From Macrostomum lignano (lineage: Eukaryota): DNA of 64,000 nucleotides. The position numbers and the translations under genes were made by a program. Of this stretch, positions 23,791 to 36,500 are shown piece after piece. The DNA lies in NCBI GenBank assembly GCA_002269645.1, contig NIVC01002078.1:62001-126000 (forward strand), given 5' to 3'. Below the pieces are notes generated by a model. It ran no database searches. It was not told the origin of the DNA and was given only the letters and a program-made list of their open reading frames with translations. Within the stretch, counting starts at the first letter, position 1, and each line of letters begins with the position of its first letter.

Positions 23791-24609
23791 CCATCCCGCA
23801 ACGTCAGCAGTTGCTGATGCGGTCTATAGCTGGTTCGCGAGGATGCTGCGAGATGTCCGCGAGGATGCTGGATTTAGAGGACCTGTCTGACTGAGGAAAA
23901 TATTGTTCTTGGCAGTGGTTAAAACCAAATTACGCTCGTATTGTCTCACAATGCCAAAACCTGATGGCCTCACTAGAGCAGCAAGTTGACGTGGTTGGAA
24001 CACGAGACTTCAAACGGCTAACAACAGTATCAAGTAGCAGTAACGTAAACACGAATTTACGTCGTAGGTTTCAATAGTGAGCGTTGGAAAAATGTTGGAA
24101 AATTTTATCCTTTTTCTGGTTGAGATGTCAAGGCTTTCGGGAGGAATTGCTGAGATATGTCAGGAGAGTCATTGCGAAATTGCTAAAATACTGTGGCTCA
24201 AGGGGAGTTTAAAGACATCAGGTAGTTCAGGTAAAATAAAGACATTTGTTTACTCTTAAATAGGGATTAAAGAATTAGGGATTAATTAGATTAGGGATGA
24301 GGGTTTCGGGATTTTTAGGTACTAATAGCGACGTTAAAGTTGAGTACTAAAAATAAAAAATCTATAAAATAAGATCTGATGCATAGCTGAATTAACAACT
24401 TTCAAAGCAACCCATATTTAGGATTTTAGACAGGTTGAGATAAGAGTATATATTTAATGCTGGTGTAAACGTATTCAGTCGCGCGAATAATAGTCCCCAA
24501 TGAACCAGCAACTAAGACAGATCAATTTTTTGAAATTTGCTTAATAAAGCTACTAATACCCTCAAAGGAAATAAAAAGTTAAGTGTTGCATCCACTCACC
24601 CACCCCCTA

Positions 24610-27600
24610 TCACCAGGCATCTCGAAGCTTCAACTTCAGATTTTCTCTCAGCCAGTCGGGAATGAAGCTGATCCGGCGAATTCGCTCAATAAATCTGTCT
24701 ATCAGCTTCTTGTCGTTGCAGTAAGAAGCGGCCGTCATCAGCTCAAGCACGTCGGCATCCTCTCGTTTAGCGACGTCCCAAACCCAAAGTTGAGCCCTCA
24801 GGTCGTTAGGCGTAATTTCAAGCCGCAGACACTGCATTAGAGCGTCAAAATTGACAAAGTACCAGCTGGCGTCATTCTCCAGAACTTGCGGGAAACAGTG
24901 CACCAGAGTCGGCGACAGAAATCTCAATTCTGGACGCTTGGCAAACTTAAAGCAAAACTTCCAGGCGGAGTCGTTGGCCTTCATAAATTGCATCACAAGT
25001 TCGGCAGTAGCCTCTGCCCTGGATCGATTAGCTGACCAGGGAATTCCCCGGCTCACCTCGTGCCTGTCACAATAGGCCAGCGTCCTGACAGCGGCATCTC
25101 GATAGCTAAACTTAAGACAAGCCAGCACCTTTAGCGACTCTCGAGCAGTCAGAGCACAGTCAGGCAATCTGGCAATGAGCTTAGCCAGATTCTCCTGCGC
25201 AGTAGCGCTGCAATCTTCTTCAGCCAGTTGAACCAGAGACTCCCTCACTACATCAGAGATCTCGTGATATTCGAGACTTGCAGCTGTGCTGCTAACCGGA
25301 TTAGCTTGCAAATTCGGCAGGATGAGAAACGGATGAAAGTAGAACCTGCCAGAGTTTGTAACCTCTCTCAGATTGGCTTTGAACTTCAACAGTAGCCTAG
25401 GAAGTTGATCGATGGTCTTTCTCAACCCAGTAGCAGCGTTTGTTAGGACCAGCTTCATTTTCTCAGACGAACTGCGGTCCACGCCTTTTAAATAGAGGGC
25501 CGTGTCGCACAGAAAGAAGTGACTCATGATTGGCCCCTCAGCGCTGTCCGAGTTGCAGGCGCTCTCCAAGTTGTCCAGCAGCCTCTGCAGCGACTGCCTG
25601 ATGAGGCCTACCAGGTTTTCCGGCTTCCATTGATCAGCGGGAGTCGCTTCCAGCATCTGGAACGTGATGGTCTTGGCATGATAGGCTTTTAAACCTTTCA
25701 CTTTGAAGCCGTCGTCGTGACAGATGACCTTCTTAACTAGGTACTTCAATGCAACGAACAGCTGGCCCTGAAGGGTGCTAAGGCTCCGCAAAAGACGCCT
25801 CTCCAAGAAGGTTGTGCTCACTCTGAGTTGCTCTCCCCCCTGTCCGGGAGGAGCTGCGTGCACCACGTGACAGGGCGACGAAGGCAACGTCAGTTCGCGA
25901 TTGAGCGACCGAAGCACCGACTCAGTAATGTTGGACTTGGCGATTCTGTCTTGCTGTAGCGGGGCGATGGGAGGGTAGCAGCAGAGACGACAGGCGTCCA
26001 CCAGATCGACAGCCGGCTTCGTGTGTGAGCCGTCAGACGCGCTGGCCGGAGTTGACGCTGCCGGGACATGCGGTTGATTGTGGTGAGAATTAAGTGGCAT
26101 TCAGAAATCGAATTATCAGAAAGATTACTGGGCGTTTTCCGATCGTTGTTTTGCGTGCAAATTAAATGGTTTTTGTAAATTCTGCTTCTAACTGCTTCAG
26201 ATTCAGAGTTTCATCAATGTAAGGATGAGGCCTACAGCCAATTTTAAACGTACAAGAATGCAAAAGAATGCAGACATTTCCTCAAGCCCAAGCCAAATTA
26301 CCAAATCCTTTGCACGCTATGTGTCCATTGTCATAGTCCACAGTCTCGACGTCCTTGCCTACGCACTGGCACGCACTTCTCAGGTGATACAGTCTGCCGT
26401 GCAGCAGCCGCATCACGTCAATGTCCGACTCGAAATCTGTCCTGCCGTCCAACGTTGTCAAATTGTTGCCCCAACCCTCTGAGTAGCTGCCAACTACGTG
26501 GATTTCATTGTGATTCAATCTCAGACGGAGAATGCTCTGCAGGGCGTCGGCCAGTGAGCTTTGCATAGCGGCCCGGGAGTCCGTGAAGCCGGATCGAGTC
26601 AGAGCCTGATGCAGCTGCTGGCTCAGTTCGTGTCTGAATAGGATAAGTTAAACTCAACTTACTAACTACATCTAACTAACTAACTAACTAAATAACTCTC
26701 TAGGAACTATCTGTGCCTTGGGGTTGGCAATTGTGAGCTCGAAGACCTGGGTCAACATTCCACAGTGAACTACATGTACAGGTTAATAAAGCTGCACCGG
26801 GAGTCGAGTCCGGTAACTAATTAATGAAAGAGTCAAGGACTAAGTGACAAAATATTCAGTTGTAAATGTACGCACTCATCATAATCCCGATTTTCATTGT
26901 CTTCAGGTGCTCCAGGATCTTGGCAGTTGTTCATCGTATCGTCCTCTTCCATCGACAAGTCCATCTTCAGCATTGCACTCTTTAACACCGCGTACACCCT
27001 CGAATGTCCTTCTTCGGCAGCAATCTGTATTGGTGTCTTACCATCATAAACAGCATCTGCTACGTTAGCTCCAGCCTCAATAAGCAACTCCATCACTTTA
27101 TCCCGACCAAAGTGAGCAGCGATGCACACTGGAGTTGCCCCATCGATTCGCGACAGATTAACGTCGGCTTGAGCTCGGATGAGCAGCTCAACTACTCGGT
27201 GATGACCTTGCTGACTGGCTATGTACATCGGCGTAGCGCCATCCTTCTGCTGCAGATTGACTGCTGCTCCAGCATCGACAAGCAGCTTGACCACCTGATC
27301 CCGACCAGCTTGCGCCGCGAGGTACAAAGGCGACATTTCATTCAATCCTCGAATGTCAACATCGGCTTGAGCTCCGATTAAGGACTGCACGACCGCACTG
27401 TGACCGTTCTGAGCAGCGATGCACAGCGGCGTGGCTCCGTCCCTTCGCCGACAATTCACGTCGGCCTGGGCGTTGATGAGGCACTGAACAGTCTGTCGAT
27501 TGCCATGATCGGCTGAGATGTACAGCGGGGTTTGTCCGTTCGTCATAGGATAGTCAACATCAGAGCGAGCTTCGATTAGCAACTTGATGACGTCATTGTG

Positions 27601-28536
27601 ACCTTGGACTAGGGCTACGTGAAGCGGAATGGCACCGTAATGAATTGGAAGATTTACATCTGCATGAGCTTTGACAAGGATTAGAGCCACAGCATAGTGA
27701 CCTTTCTGCGATGCGAAGTACAGAGGCGTCGCACCGTCAGATTGCTGGCTGTTGACATTGGCACCGGCATTAACAAGGGCCTGCACAATTCTCTGGTGAC
27801 CATTCTGCGATGCAACGTGCAATGGCGACATCTTCTTGTTAGTCTGGCTGTTCAGCATTGCTCCAGCTTTAATTAACAGACGAACTACCTTTATGTGATC
27901 ATTCTGCGAAGCAAGGTATAGAGGTGTGGCACCTTCTCTATCTCGAATATTAACATTGGCCAAGGCTTGAATAAGCAGCTCGACAACCTGATAATTGCCT
28001 TCTTGAGACGCAATATGCAGCGATGTCATGCCATTCTTAGCGGCCAAATTCACGTCAGCTTTGGCCCGGATCAGCAGGCTGACAATCTGATGATGACCAT
28101 CCTGGGCAGCGATGAACAGAGGCGAGGCGCCGTGTCTGTCAGTCAGATTGACATCGGCCTGCGCTTTGATGAGTGGCTCAACGGAAGCCGGCCGACCGGA
28201 CTGACAGGCGATGTGCAGCGGCGCGGCGCCATTGCTTCGATCCTGAATGTTCCCGTCAAAGCCGAGACTAGTCAACTGATCAACAACTTTGCTGTTTTCA
28301 GTGGCGCACGCCAAATGTAGTGGCGACAACTGATTTCCATGGAAACTGATCAATCTATCAAAACTACTCATTGATCGCTTTTTCAAACAGTGGCGAATTA
28401 ACGCCAGATTACCAGCGGCTATCGCCGTCATGAACTCTTGGTCAGTCGGTTCATCAGTTGACTGCTGAATTAAAGAAGCCTGCATGAAGACAACAGCGAT
28501 TGATTGGAAAAATGCTGACAGTAGATTGGAAAACAT
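24610..28536 (-). CDS. Ankyrin-repeat (14 repeats) plus Mab-21/cGAS-like nucleotidyltransferase (cGLR) fusion; exons 28536-26876, 26633-26302, 26057-24610; 1146 aa predicted
   Basis: Exon 1 has 14 tandem 33-aa ANK repeats (GATPLxxAxQxGHxxVVxLLIxAxAxVN). Exon 2 has VVGSYSEGW...ESDIDV. Exon 3 has AVDLV, LRVSTTFLERRLLRSL and LKAYHAKT...HFFL (Mab-21 C-terminal motifs). Introns GTGCGT..CAG (phase 2) and GTAATT..CAG (phase 1) keep the frame; total CDS 3441 nt. Confidence 0.8.
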
Positions 28537-29559
28537 GATCTGAATGGATTTTTCAGTGGCTAGGTTTCGATATCTTTTTAATTTAGCACCAGTATTTATT
28601 TTGTGTTGTGGTGGACAGCTTCTATGTATGTAAATGTAGCTGTGTGTATACTTTATCTGTACAACCGATCAGCTATAGCTGCAGTGTTCTGAGTTGTGGC
28701 TTGAAGTATTTATACGAGCTAAAAGTCTGAGCAAAGCGGATACTGCCCCGAAGATCTGAGTCAAGCTGAGTTCTCTGGCGTAGTACGCGTTGGCGCGCTT
28801 CATGCACATTCTGGTGTGATTAGCGGAAAGAAACGTTTAAATGTTGCTCGTAAATGTGCAAATTTTGACTACAACTCGTCCCTCTAAAAATTCATGCACA
28901 CAAACTGGTTTCGTGTGGTTTTTATACTCGTAGACAGTTCAACCGCTGAGATATGGTCGGGATTGGGTGAGAATTAATGCACTATGGCGCCCCTCAATTT
29001 TTATGAGCAAGCTCTGCATTAGTTAAGGTTTTTATAATGACTGCAAACATTTGCATAAACTGCATGTGCATTTTTGAAACAAGAATTTATTTCTGTACAT
29101 GATTTTCGATCACAAAGTATTTGATCACAAAGTACATGTTATCGGAAGAGCAGGAGAGAAATAATAGGAGCCAAGAGGCCGGGATTTCTCATCATTTCTG
29201 GAAGTTTTTTCCAACACAAACAATTGTCTTTATTTGACTTTCTGCCCTTGCATGATAAATAAATAAATGACTTGATTCATGTGCCTAGAAAACCAGTTCG
29301 ATTCGGCGTGTTACATAATAGGAGTTTTTCTGAAACGATCATCAGTTTTACTGTACATGTAATATACACTGTACATGTACAGTATAACTGAAGTTGCTTG
29401 GTACATTAATACGCGTAAAAATAGAGTCTGGTTTGTAATGGTCTAGACATTGTTTAGCAATTAGACGATCATTATTCACATTTTAATGCAGAACAATCCA
29501 TTTACTACAAACCATTATGTATTGTCTGTAGGATCGTCAAACAGAAAAACAATGCAAAG

Positions 29560-29683
29560 AATCAGCGGTCCCAGTGCGTGACAACGATTGTCTCGCGAGC
29601 GCCGGTAGAGCAGGAGACCGCCGGTAGAGCGCCGGTAGGCGCGAGCCATAGACAATCGTTGTCACGCACTGCGACCGCTGATT
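29560..29683. repeat. Fold-back inverted repeat / mini-MITE: 34-bp arms (1 mismatch) around a GC-rich spacer with three GCCGGTAG copies
   Basis: AATCAGCGGTCCCAGTGCGTGACAACGATTGTCT (29560-29593) versus AGACAATCGTTGTCACGCACTGCGACCGCTGATT (29650-29683). Confidence 0.85.
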
Positions 29684-30586
29684 ATTTATCCATTGCTCTG
29701 CAGAATTATATAGTATGTAATTCTCTCAATGCACGTAGCACGCGAATTTTTCAATGATGGACAATGAGAAAGTCAAAATGTACTTTTTAAATTGTTTTCG
29801 ATGCAATTTTGACAATGACAGAGCTGCAATTCAGGCGGAAAAGTAAAATATATAGCTCGAAGCTCGCAGCGATAGTGGCGCAATAATGAAGCCAAAATGA
29901 AAATAGGTAATGCATTACTTATAATTAAAAGCATGCTGCTAAGTGGCTTTTTATTTCTATGACTTTTTTGATTATTTTCTTGGCTTTTGATGATATTATT
30001 GCTCATAGTTTGTTTCACTGTGTAGACTAAATCTTATAAGATTCGATTTTACGAAGTTCTAGGAATGCAACCTAAGTATTAGTACATGTGGATATACATT
30101 CACCCTTTTCAAATCAATTCTTTTCCTTATTTTTCGTTCTTTCTTTGTCTAGTGAATTCAGTGTGTTTTCACGAATATTTCTGCTTTTATCGAATGCAAT
30201 TTAATAAATTTCAAGGATTCAAAGACTGCATTTTACATTTCTTGAAATATGTAGTCAGGGCATTGTATGCATTAGTACTTTAATCTAATTTTACTGTAAA
30301 ATCCGAGTGCCAGTATCTCATTATTTAAATTAGCTATTTTAATATGCGATTTTTCTTCCAGTTACAAAATTTAGATTTACATCTTTTTAGTTACCAACCT
30401 AACTAATGCTAAGTTGAACTATGAATGAACTCCTCTAAAAATAAAAAAATGTAGACACAGTATTTTCTACAATAATAGGAAGTGTTGCTTTTTTAGTTAT
30501 TTTTTATGCCTTGTTTCAATTATATAAATGTCTATTTTTTTAATTTTAAGCTTTTCTGTTTTTGAGTATTTTAAAGACGTTTTATT

Positions 30587-33194
30587 CAGGGGTATTTTTG
30601 TGCGCAGAGTGTGCGTATGCACCCTAAATTTTAAAATCGCACCCTGAAATTAAAAAAGTAGGTGCGGTTTAGGTGCGGTCTGTAAGATATTATAATATAT
30701 GAAAAGTTATATAAAAATCATTTGATCTTTGATCACATTAAATTTGGCCTTTTTAATCAATGATGAATGATGATAATTTTAATTTATCTAGTAGCCTATA
30801 TTAGTATAAACTTCAACTTTTTTATTTTGACATCTTCACTCTTGACTCTTCGGAGTCTTCACTTTTTCTTAGAATGTTAAGTATGAGTTAAGCGGTAGCC
30901 TTGTGTTTATTTAGTTGTACTTGTATATATAATCTATAGATATAATACAAATGCAAATTATAAGAATCTAAAGGTCTATCTAATCATAAGCTCTACTGAA
31001 GTAAAGTATTAAATTCAAGTTCATAAAATTTATCATATTCATAATCTAATAGCCTAAGGCTTATATATACAATTAAATCATAGTCATAGACTCATAGATA
31101 ATCAATAAGCCTAGAATAGATATATAAAATCAATAGATATAGACTATCTATAAGGACTAATGCCAATTTCTATTGTTTGTGTAGTAGGTAGTTATAAGTT
31201 AAAGTTATCAATGATAAATTATAAGTCAAAAAGGCTGTTAGAGTCTAGATAACATAATCAGTGAGGCGAGTGAGCTTCTATTGCAAAAATGTTTGAGTAG
31301 GCAATAGGGCCAAATTACATTTACTTTATTTTTTTATTTTTAGTATAAGTAATTATTTACAATTATATTATATAAAATTATTGTAAAATAATTGTAACTG
31401 TAAAATTAAAAAATTACATTTAAATTACTATTTAACTGTACTATATTATGTCTATACTAGGCCTATGTATGTACAATAATATTATAATACTAATAGTATA
31501 CATACATACTAATATTTATACTAATAGATAGATTATTATATATTATATACTTTGAGTATGTATATAGTATAGTTATGGGCTATGGCTTATAGTAAATTAA
31601 AGTAGACTTGGACAAAAAAGTATTAGTATTTTTAGTATATTTTAATATAATAATAATAATATAACAAATCAACTACAAACTAATCTATCTTATATTGTTA
31701 TAATCTAAAAACCTTTTATTAAACTAGACATAGAATGTCTTTATGTATTAATAATAATGTCTTTAATTGTTTTAATGCCAGATTTGATATATATATAGCC
31801 TTGTTTAGTCTATAATATTTTTATTTTTATTTTTAGATTTTTTTTAAGTGATATTTAATATGTAATCAATAATTCACATAATATATAATACATACCCAAT
31901 ATATATGTTTATTTAAATGCAAACAAAAACAATAATACAAAAGCTAAATTAGTATTCAGCAAAAGCAATTCAAGGCTATGTCAAGGCTTTCGGGGAGAAT
32001 TGCATCGGAGTCAAGGCAAATAGGATTTACGTAAATAATTTTGTCCCTTACTTATTGGGCGCACCGAAGTGGGCACTAGATTGCTAGTGTCTCCCTAATT
32101 GTCTATGTAGTGAGTCAGTGACTCTGCTCAATGATCATGTATTCCTTGAAAAGTAGTCTTTTTGCTTCGATTTCTTCGATTATCTTCAGGAGTTCTAACT
32201 CCAACTCAAGGTTTGCAAATTAAAGCATCATCCTTTCATCCTAACTAGCATCAAGTCTAGTTGTCACAGTGTTGGTAGTTGGATTGAAACTATCTATCAT
32301 CCACGACCACATATCCTATATACTAAAAATGGTCTGTCTGTGTCTATCTATCTATCTATCTATGTGATCGATTAGAGAAAAAATGGCTGGACCGATTTTG
32401 TTCGAACTTGCACTGTTCGATTAGAATTTACTCTATAGCTAGCTAGAGTTTTGCTGCGTACATAATTTACTAGCGCCTTAAACCGCATAGACGTATAGTA
32501 GAATTTTTATTAAATTCAACATCCATTAGGTAAATAAAAAGGCAGAATAGCAGGAAAAATATTGACTGTTAAAATTGTTAGATGGTAAATTCTACATTTT
32601 TTATTTCTTTTCCTTTGCAAATGTAGCTGGAAAACATTCTTTTAATGCATAAGAGTATATTTTCAATAGTGCACTGTGCAACACAGCATTGCGTGTAAAA
32701 TGTAACAGTAGATCTGCCACTCAATCAGCTTGAGCTGTGTCAATCCAATTGATAATGATATGCTGTTTATCTATGCTATGCTGAATCTAATTCTGGTCCC
32801 ACTAGGCCCACTTCCATGTTATCCAAGAGGAATGGATGTAGGTAAGCCAGCCTGTTGAAGCCTGTCTCCAGAACTCTTGAACACGAAGCTTTCCAAGCTG
32901 AAGGCTTATTCTGAAATGAAAAAATGGGAGAATTGATACAAAGTAGCAACTTCTTTGTTATAGTATTTTTCATCATGTTTCCATTTATCAAAGCAGCCAT
33001 CTGAAGACGAGATAACAGACAAGAGGTCAAGGCATTCTTTGTACAAAGATGTATAGACATAATACATGTCTATACATTCCCAGTTGTCTGAAACAAGACT
33101 CAAGAGAAATTGCACTCTGAGCCTTAAAATCGCACCTTGAAATTTGGCACAAGGTGCGATTTTGCACCTTGTCTCTGGCGAAAAAAAAACCCAG
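30587..33194. mobile_element. Possible old non-autonomous hAT-like element, AT-rich
   Basis: Imperfect inverted ends CAGGGGTATTTTTG..CGCAGAG / CTCTGGCGAAAAAAAAAACCCAG, subterminal AAAATCGCACC(C/T)TGAAATT at both ends, and minus-strand fragments (LLSVISSSDGCF; VGLVGPELD) loosely resembling the hAT C-terminal dimerisation region. No 8-bp TSD. Confidence 0.3.
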
Positions 33195-33569
33195 ATTATT
33201 ACTATTTAAATAATCAATATGTTTAATCTTTATTCTTTGAAAGGTTGGGACAAGAATGACTAAAAATTAAGAATTATGCAAGACTCAAACTGACAGTTAG
33301 CTAGTATATATAGTTAAGGATATTTGTTTTTAAAAATTTATTATCTTAATATTCTAAGAAAATTGTTTTATAATAATATAATTAGTTAAAAATATTAGAT
33401 AAAAACAAATTATATCACTAATTATACACTTTTTTTACCAATAATGCCTTAATTTTTTATCAACAATATTGTAAATAAATATCACATTTAAAACTAAGAA
33501 ATATATTTGCATAGATATTTGTACCACTATATTATTAGTTCCAGACTTAGTAAAATCAATTGCTACAAA

Positions 33570-36500
33570 ATGCTACAAGATATTTCTAGCCTACCATTGT
33601 CATCCACCATTTTATTTGCAATTTTGGCTACTGCCTGTGTTTTTGCAATTGGAGTCCTGGTGTTTCAATGCACATCTTGCTGTAAAAATACTGACTTATA
33701 TAAGGTAAGCAGATTCTATTTAAATAATTTATGTTTCACAGCATAGCTCAAGTTCTATAACTTGTTTTTCAATTTCACAGAACTTTGTGCTAGATGGAGA
33801 TTGGAATCAGAGCATCACAGAGTCGCAGTCTACAGCAAATATCACAGCTTCACAGGCTGACAATCGCACAATGACTGAATTTGGCATGCTGCCACCGCCA
33901 AATGATGCTTCAATATCGATGAACAATGAGGCGACTGGAATTCGATCAACTGCTGGTTCTTCCCATGATCTGGCCGCGATTGTACAGCAGAAGCCGGAGA
34001 ATTTCCTGCGACCAAGAATGCGATTGAGTTTCGAATTGGTGCCAAAGTCTGCTGGTGTTATTCTGCGTGAGTTCTTTATGGTTCATGGCTTCTAGCAATG
34101 GGCCTATTAGATTTTTGTAACATTTGTCCACACCCTTTAGATAGTCTTATCCATCGTCTTTGTCAGACAGCCGTGTCCATCACCTGTTAGACAGTCGTGT
34201 CCATCACCTGTTAGACAGTCGTGTCCATCAGCTGTTAGACAGTCGTGTCCATCAGCTGTCAGACAGTCGTGTCCATCACCTGTTAGACAGTCGTGTCCAT
34301 CACCTGTTAGACAGTCGTGTCCATCACCTGTCAGACAGTCGTGTCCATCACCTGTTAGACAGTCGTGTCCATCACCTGTTAGATAGTCGTGTCTATCACC
34401 TGTCAGACAGTCGTGTCCATCAGCTGTTAGACAGACCTGTCCATCAGCTGTTAGACAGTCGTGTTTATCACCTGTTAGACAGTCGTGTCCATCACCTGTT
34501 AGACAGTCGTGTCCATCACCTGTTAGACAGTCGTGTCCATCACCTGTTAGACAGTCGTGTCCATCACCTGTCAGACAGTCGTGTCCATCAGCTGTTAGAC
34601 AGACCTGTCCATCAGCTGTTAGACAGTCGTGTCCATCACCTGTTAGACAGTCGTGTCCATCAGCTGTCAGACAGTCGTGTCCATCAGCTGTTAGACAGTC
34701 GTGTCCATCAGTTGTCAGACAGTCGTGTCCATCAGCTGTCAGACAGTCGTGTCCATCAGTTGTTAGACAGACCTGTCCATCAGCTGTCAGACAGACCTGT
34801 CCATCAGCTGTTAGACAGTCGTGTCCATCAGTTGTCATACAGTCGTGTCCATCAGCTGTCAGACAGTCGTGTCCATCAGCTGTCAGACAGTCGTGTCCAT
34901 CAGTTGTTAGACAGTCGTGTCCATCAGCTGTTAGACAGTCGTGTCCATCAGCTGTTAGACAGACCTGTCCATCAGCTGTTAGACAGTCGTGTCCATCAGC
35001 TGTTAGACAGTCGTGTCCATCAGTTGTTTGTCCATCAGTTGACAGTCGTGTCCAGCTGTCAGTCAGTCCTGTCCATCAGTTGTCAGACAGTCGTGTCCAT
35101 CAGCTGTCAGACAGTCCTGTCCATCAGCTGTTAGACAGTCGTGTCCATCAGCTGTCAGACAGTCGTGTCCATCAGCTGTTAGACAGACCTGTCCATCAGC
35201 TGTTAGACAGTCGTGTCCATCAGCTGTTAGACAGTCGTGTCCATCAGTTGTTTGTCCATCAGTTGACAGTCGTGTCCAGCTGTCAGTCAGTCCTGTCCAT
35301 CAGTTGTCAGACAGTCGTGTCCATCAGCTGTCAGACAGTCCTGTCCATCAGCTGTTAGACAGTCGTGTCCATCATTTGCCAGACAGTCGTGTCCATCACC
35401 CTTGTCCCCAAGCAGTCCCGAACCTGCTTCACATGGATCGGAAGCACCTGTTCTTTCTAAGCGAGCTGGGCCAGGCCTGGTTCGGCCCCGTCATCGATGC
35501 CGAGTGCAACCGGTACGGCGAAACTCTCCGATCGCGAGTGATCGTTCGCCTGCTGTCCAACGAAGCCTCGGTTGAACTGGCCGAGAAAGACCGGCTGCAC
35601 TTCCTGGCGGATATTCAAGCTTATAAAGAGTGCGTTGATCCGTGCGTGCTAAAACTGATGGGCCTGTGCACCACAGCGGAGCCCTACCTGGCTGTCATGG
35701 AGACTACCCTGGTGAGAAATGTCAATCTTATCACCATGATGATGGCATGATCCACTTTTTTTATCGATTCTACAGTTCCATCTCCCACCTGTCCATCAGT
35801 CCCATCTCCTACATGTCCATCAGTCCCATCTCCTACATGTCCATCAGTCCCATCTTATATCTATCCATCAGTCCCATCTTATATCTATCCATCAGTCCCA
35901 TCTCCTACCTGTCCATCAGTCTTATCTCCTACATGTCCATCAGTCCCATCTTATATCTATCCATCAGTCCCATCTCCTACCTGTTCAACAGTCCCATCTG
36001 CCACAGGTCCATCAGTCCCATCTCCGATCCCCTACCTGTCCATCAGTCTCATCTCCTACCTGTATATTCATCAGTCCTATCTCCTACTTATCCAACTGTC
36101 TCACAGGGGAGTGAATTTCATCGAGTTGAAATAACATTTTCAAACTAATTTACTTACTATTTGCAAGCCTGCTACTTATAACTCACTCGTTAGTAGTAAG
36201 TAGAGAAAACTATTCGCTGATGAACAATTTGTTCCATCTACCATTTCCAGACGGACCTGAAGTCGTACCTCCGCTCGCTCATCACGGACGGCGGTCACAG
36301 GTGTTTGGAGGACTCGCTCGCTCTCCGATTTGCTTCCCAAGCCTGCCGAGGCCTGGCAGTTCTCAACGAGAAAGGATTCATCTATCAGGATATTGGCGCC
36401 AGGAACTGTCGATTGACTGACAATCTGGTTGTGAAGATTGGCGACTACGGTTGTACAGAGGTGGAGCACAGGGTGAGTGCTGGTCTATGTGGTCACCTGT

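Noticed and set aside
27004-28320. Plus-strand ORFs over the ankyrin exon, and similar antisense ORFs over the transposase, CLUH and H3
   Set aside because: Shadow ORFs of real genes on the opposite strand, with no motifs of their own.
26833-28536. Stand-alone 567-aa ankyrin protein
   Set aside because: A donor at 26875 splices in frame to the Mab-21 exon; the last 13 codons of the ORF look like intron read-through. Kept only as an alternative.
34137-35358. Long ORFs with periodic peptides (DSRVHQLL, DGHDCLT)
   Set aside because: Translations of the 24-bp intronic minisatellite; the true kinase exons flank them with clean splice sites. The same applies to periodic ORFs at 3151, 14815, 35642, 36485, 38605-38971, 44520, 46819-47631, 49956, 51831, 61076 and 63446.
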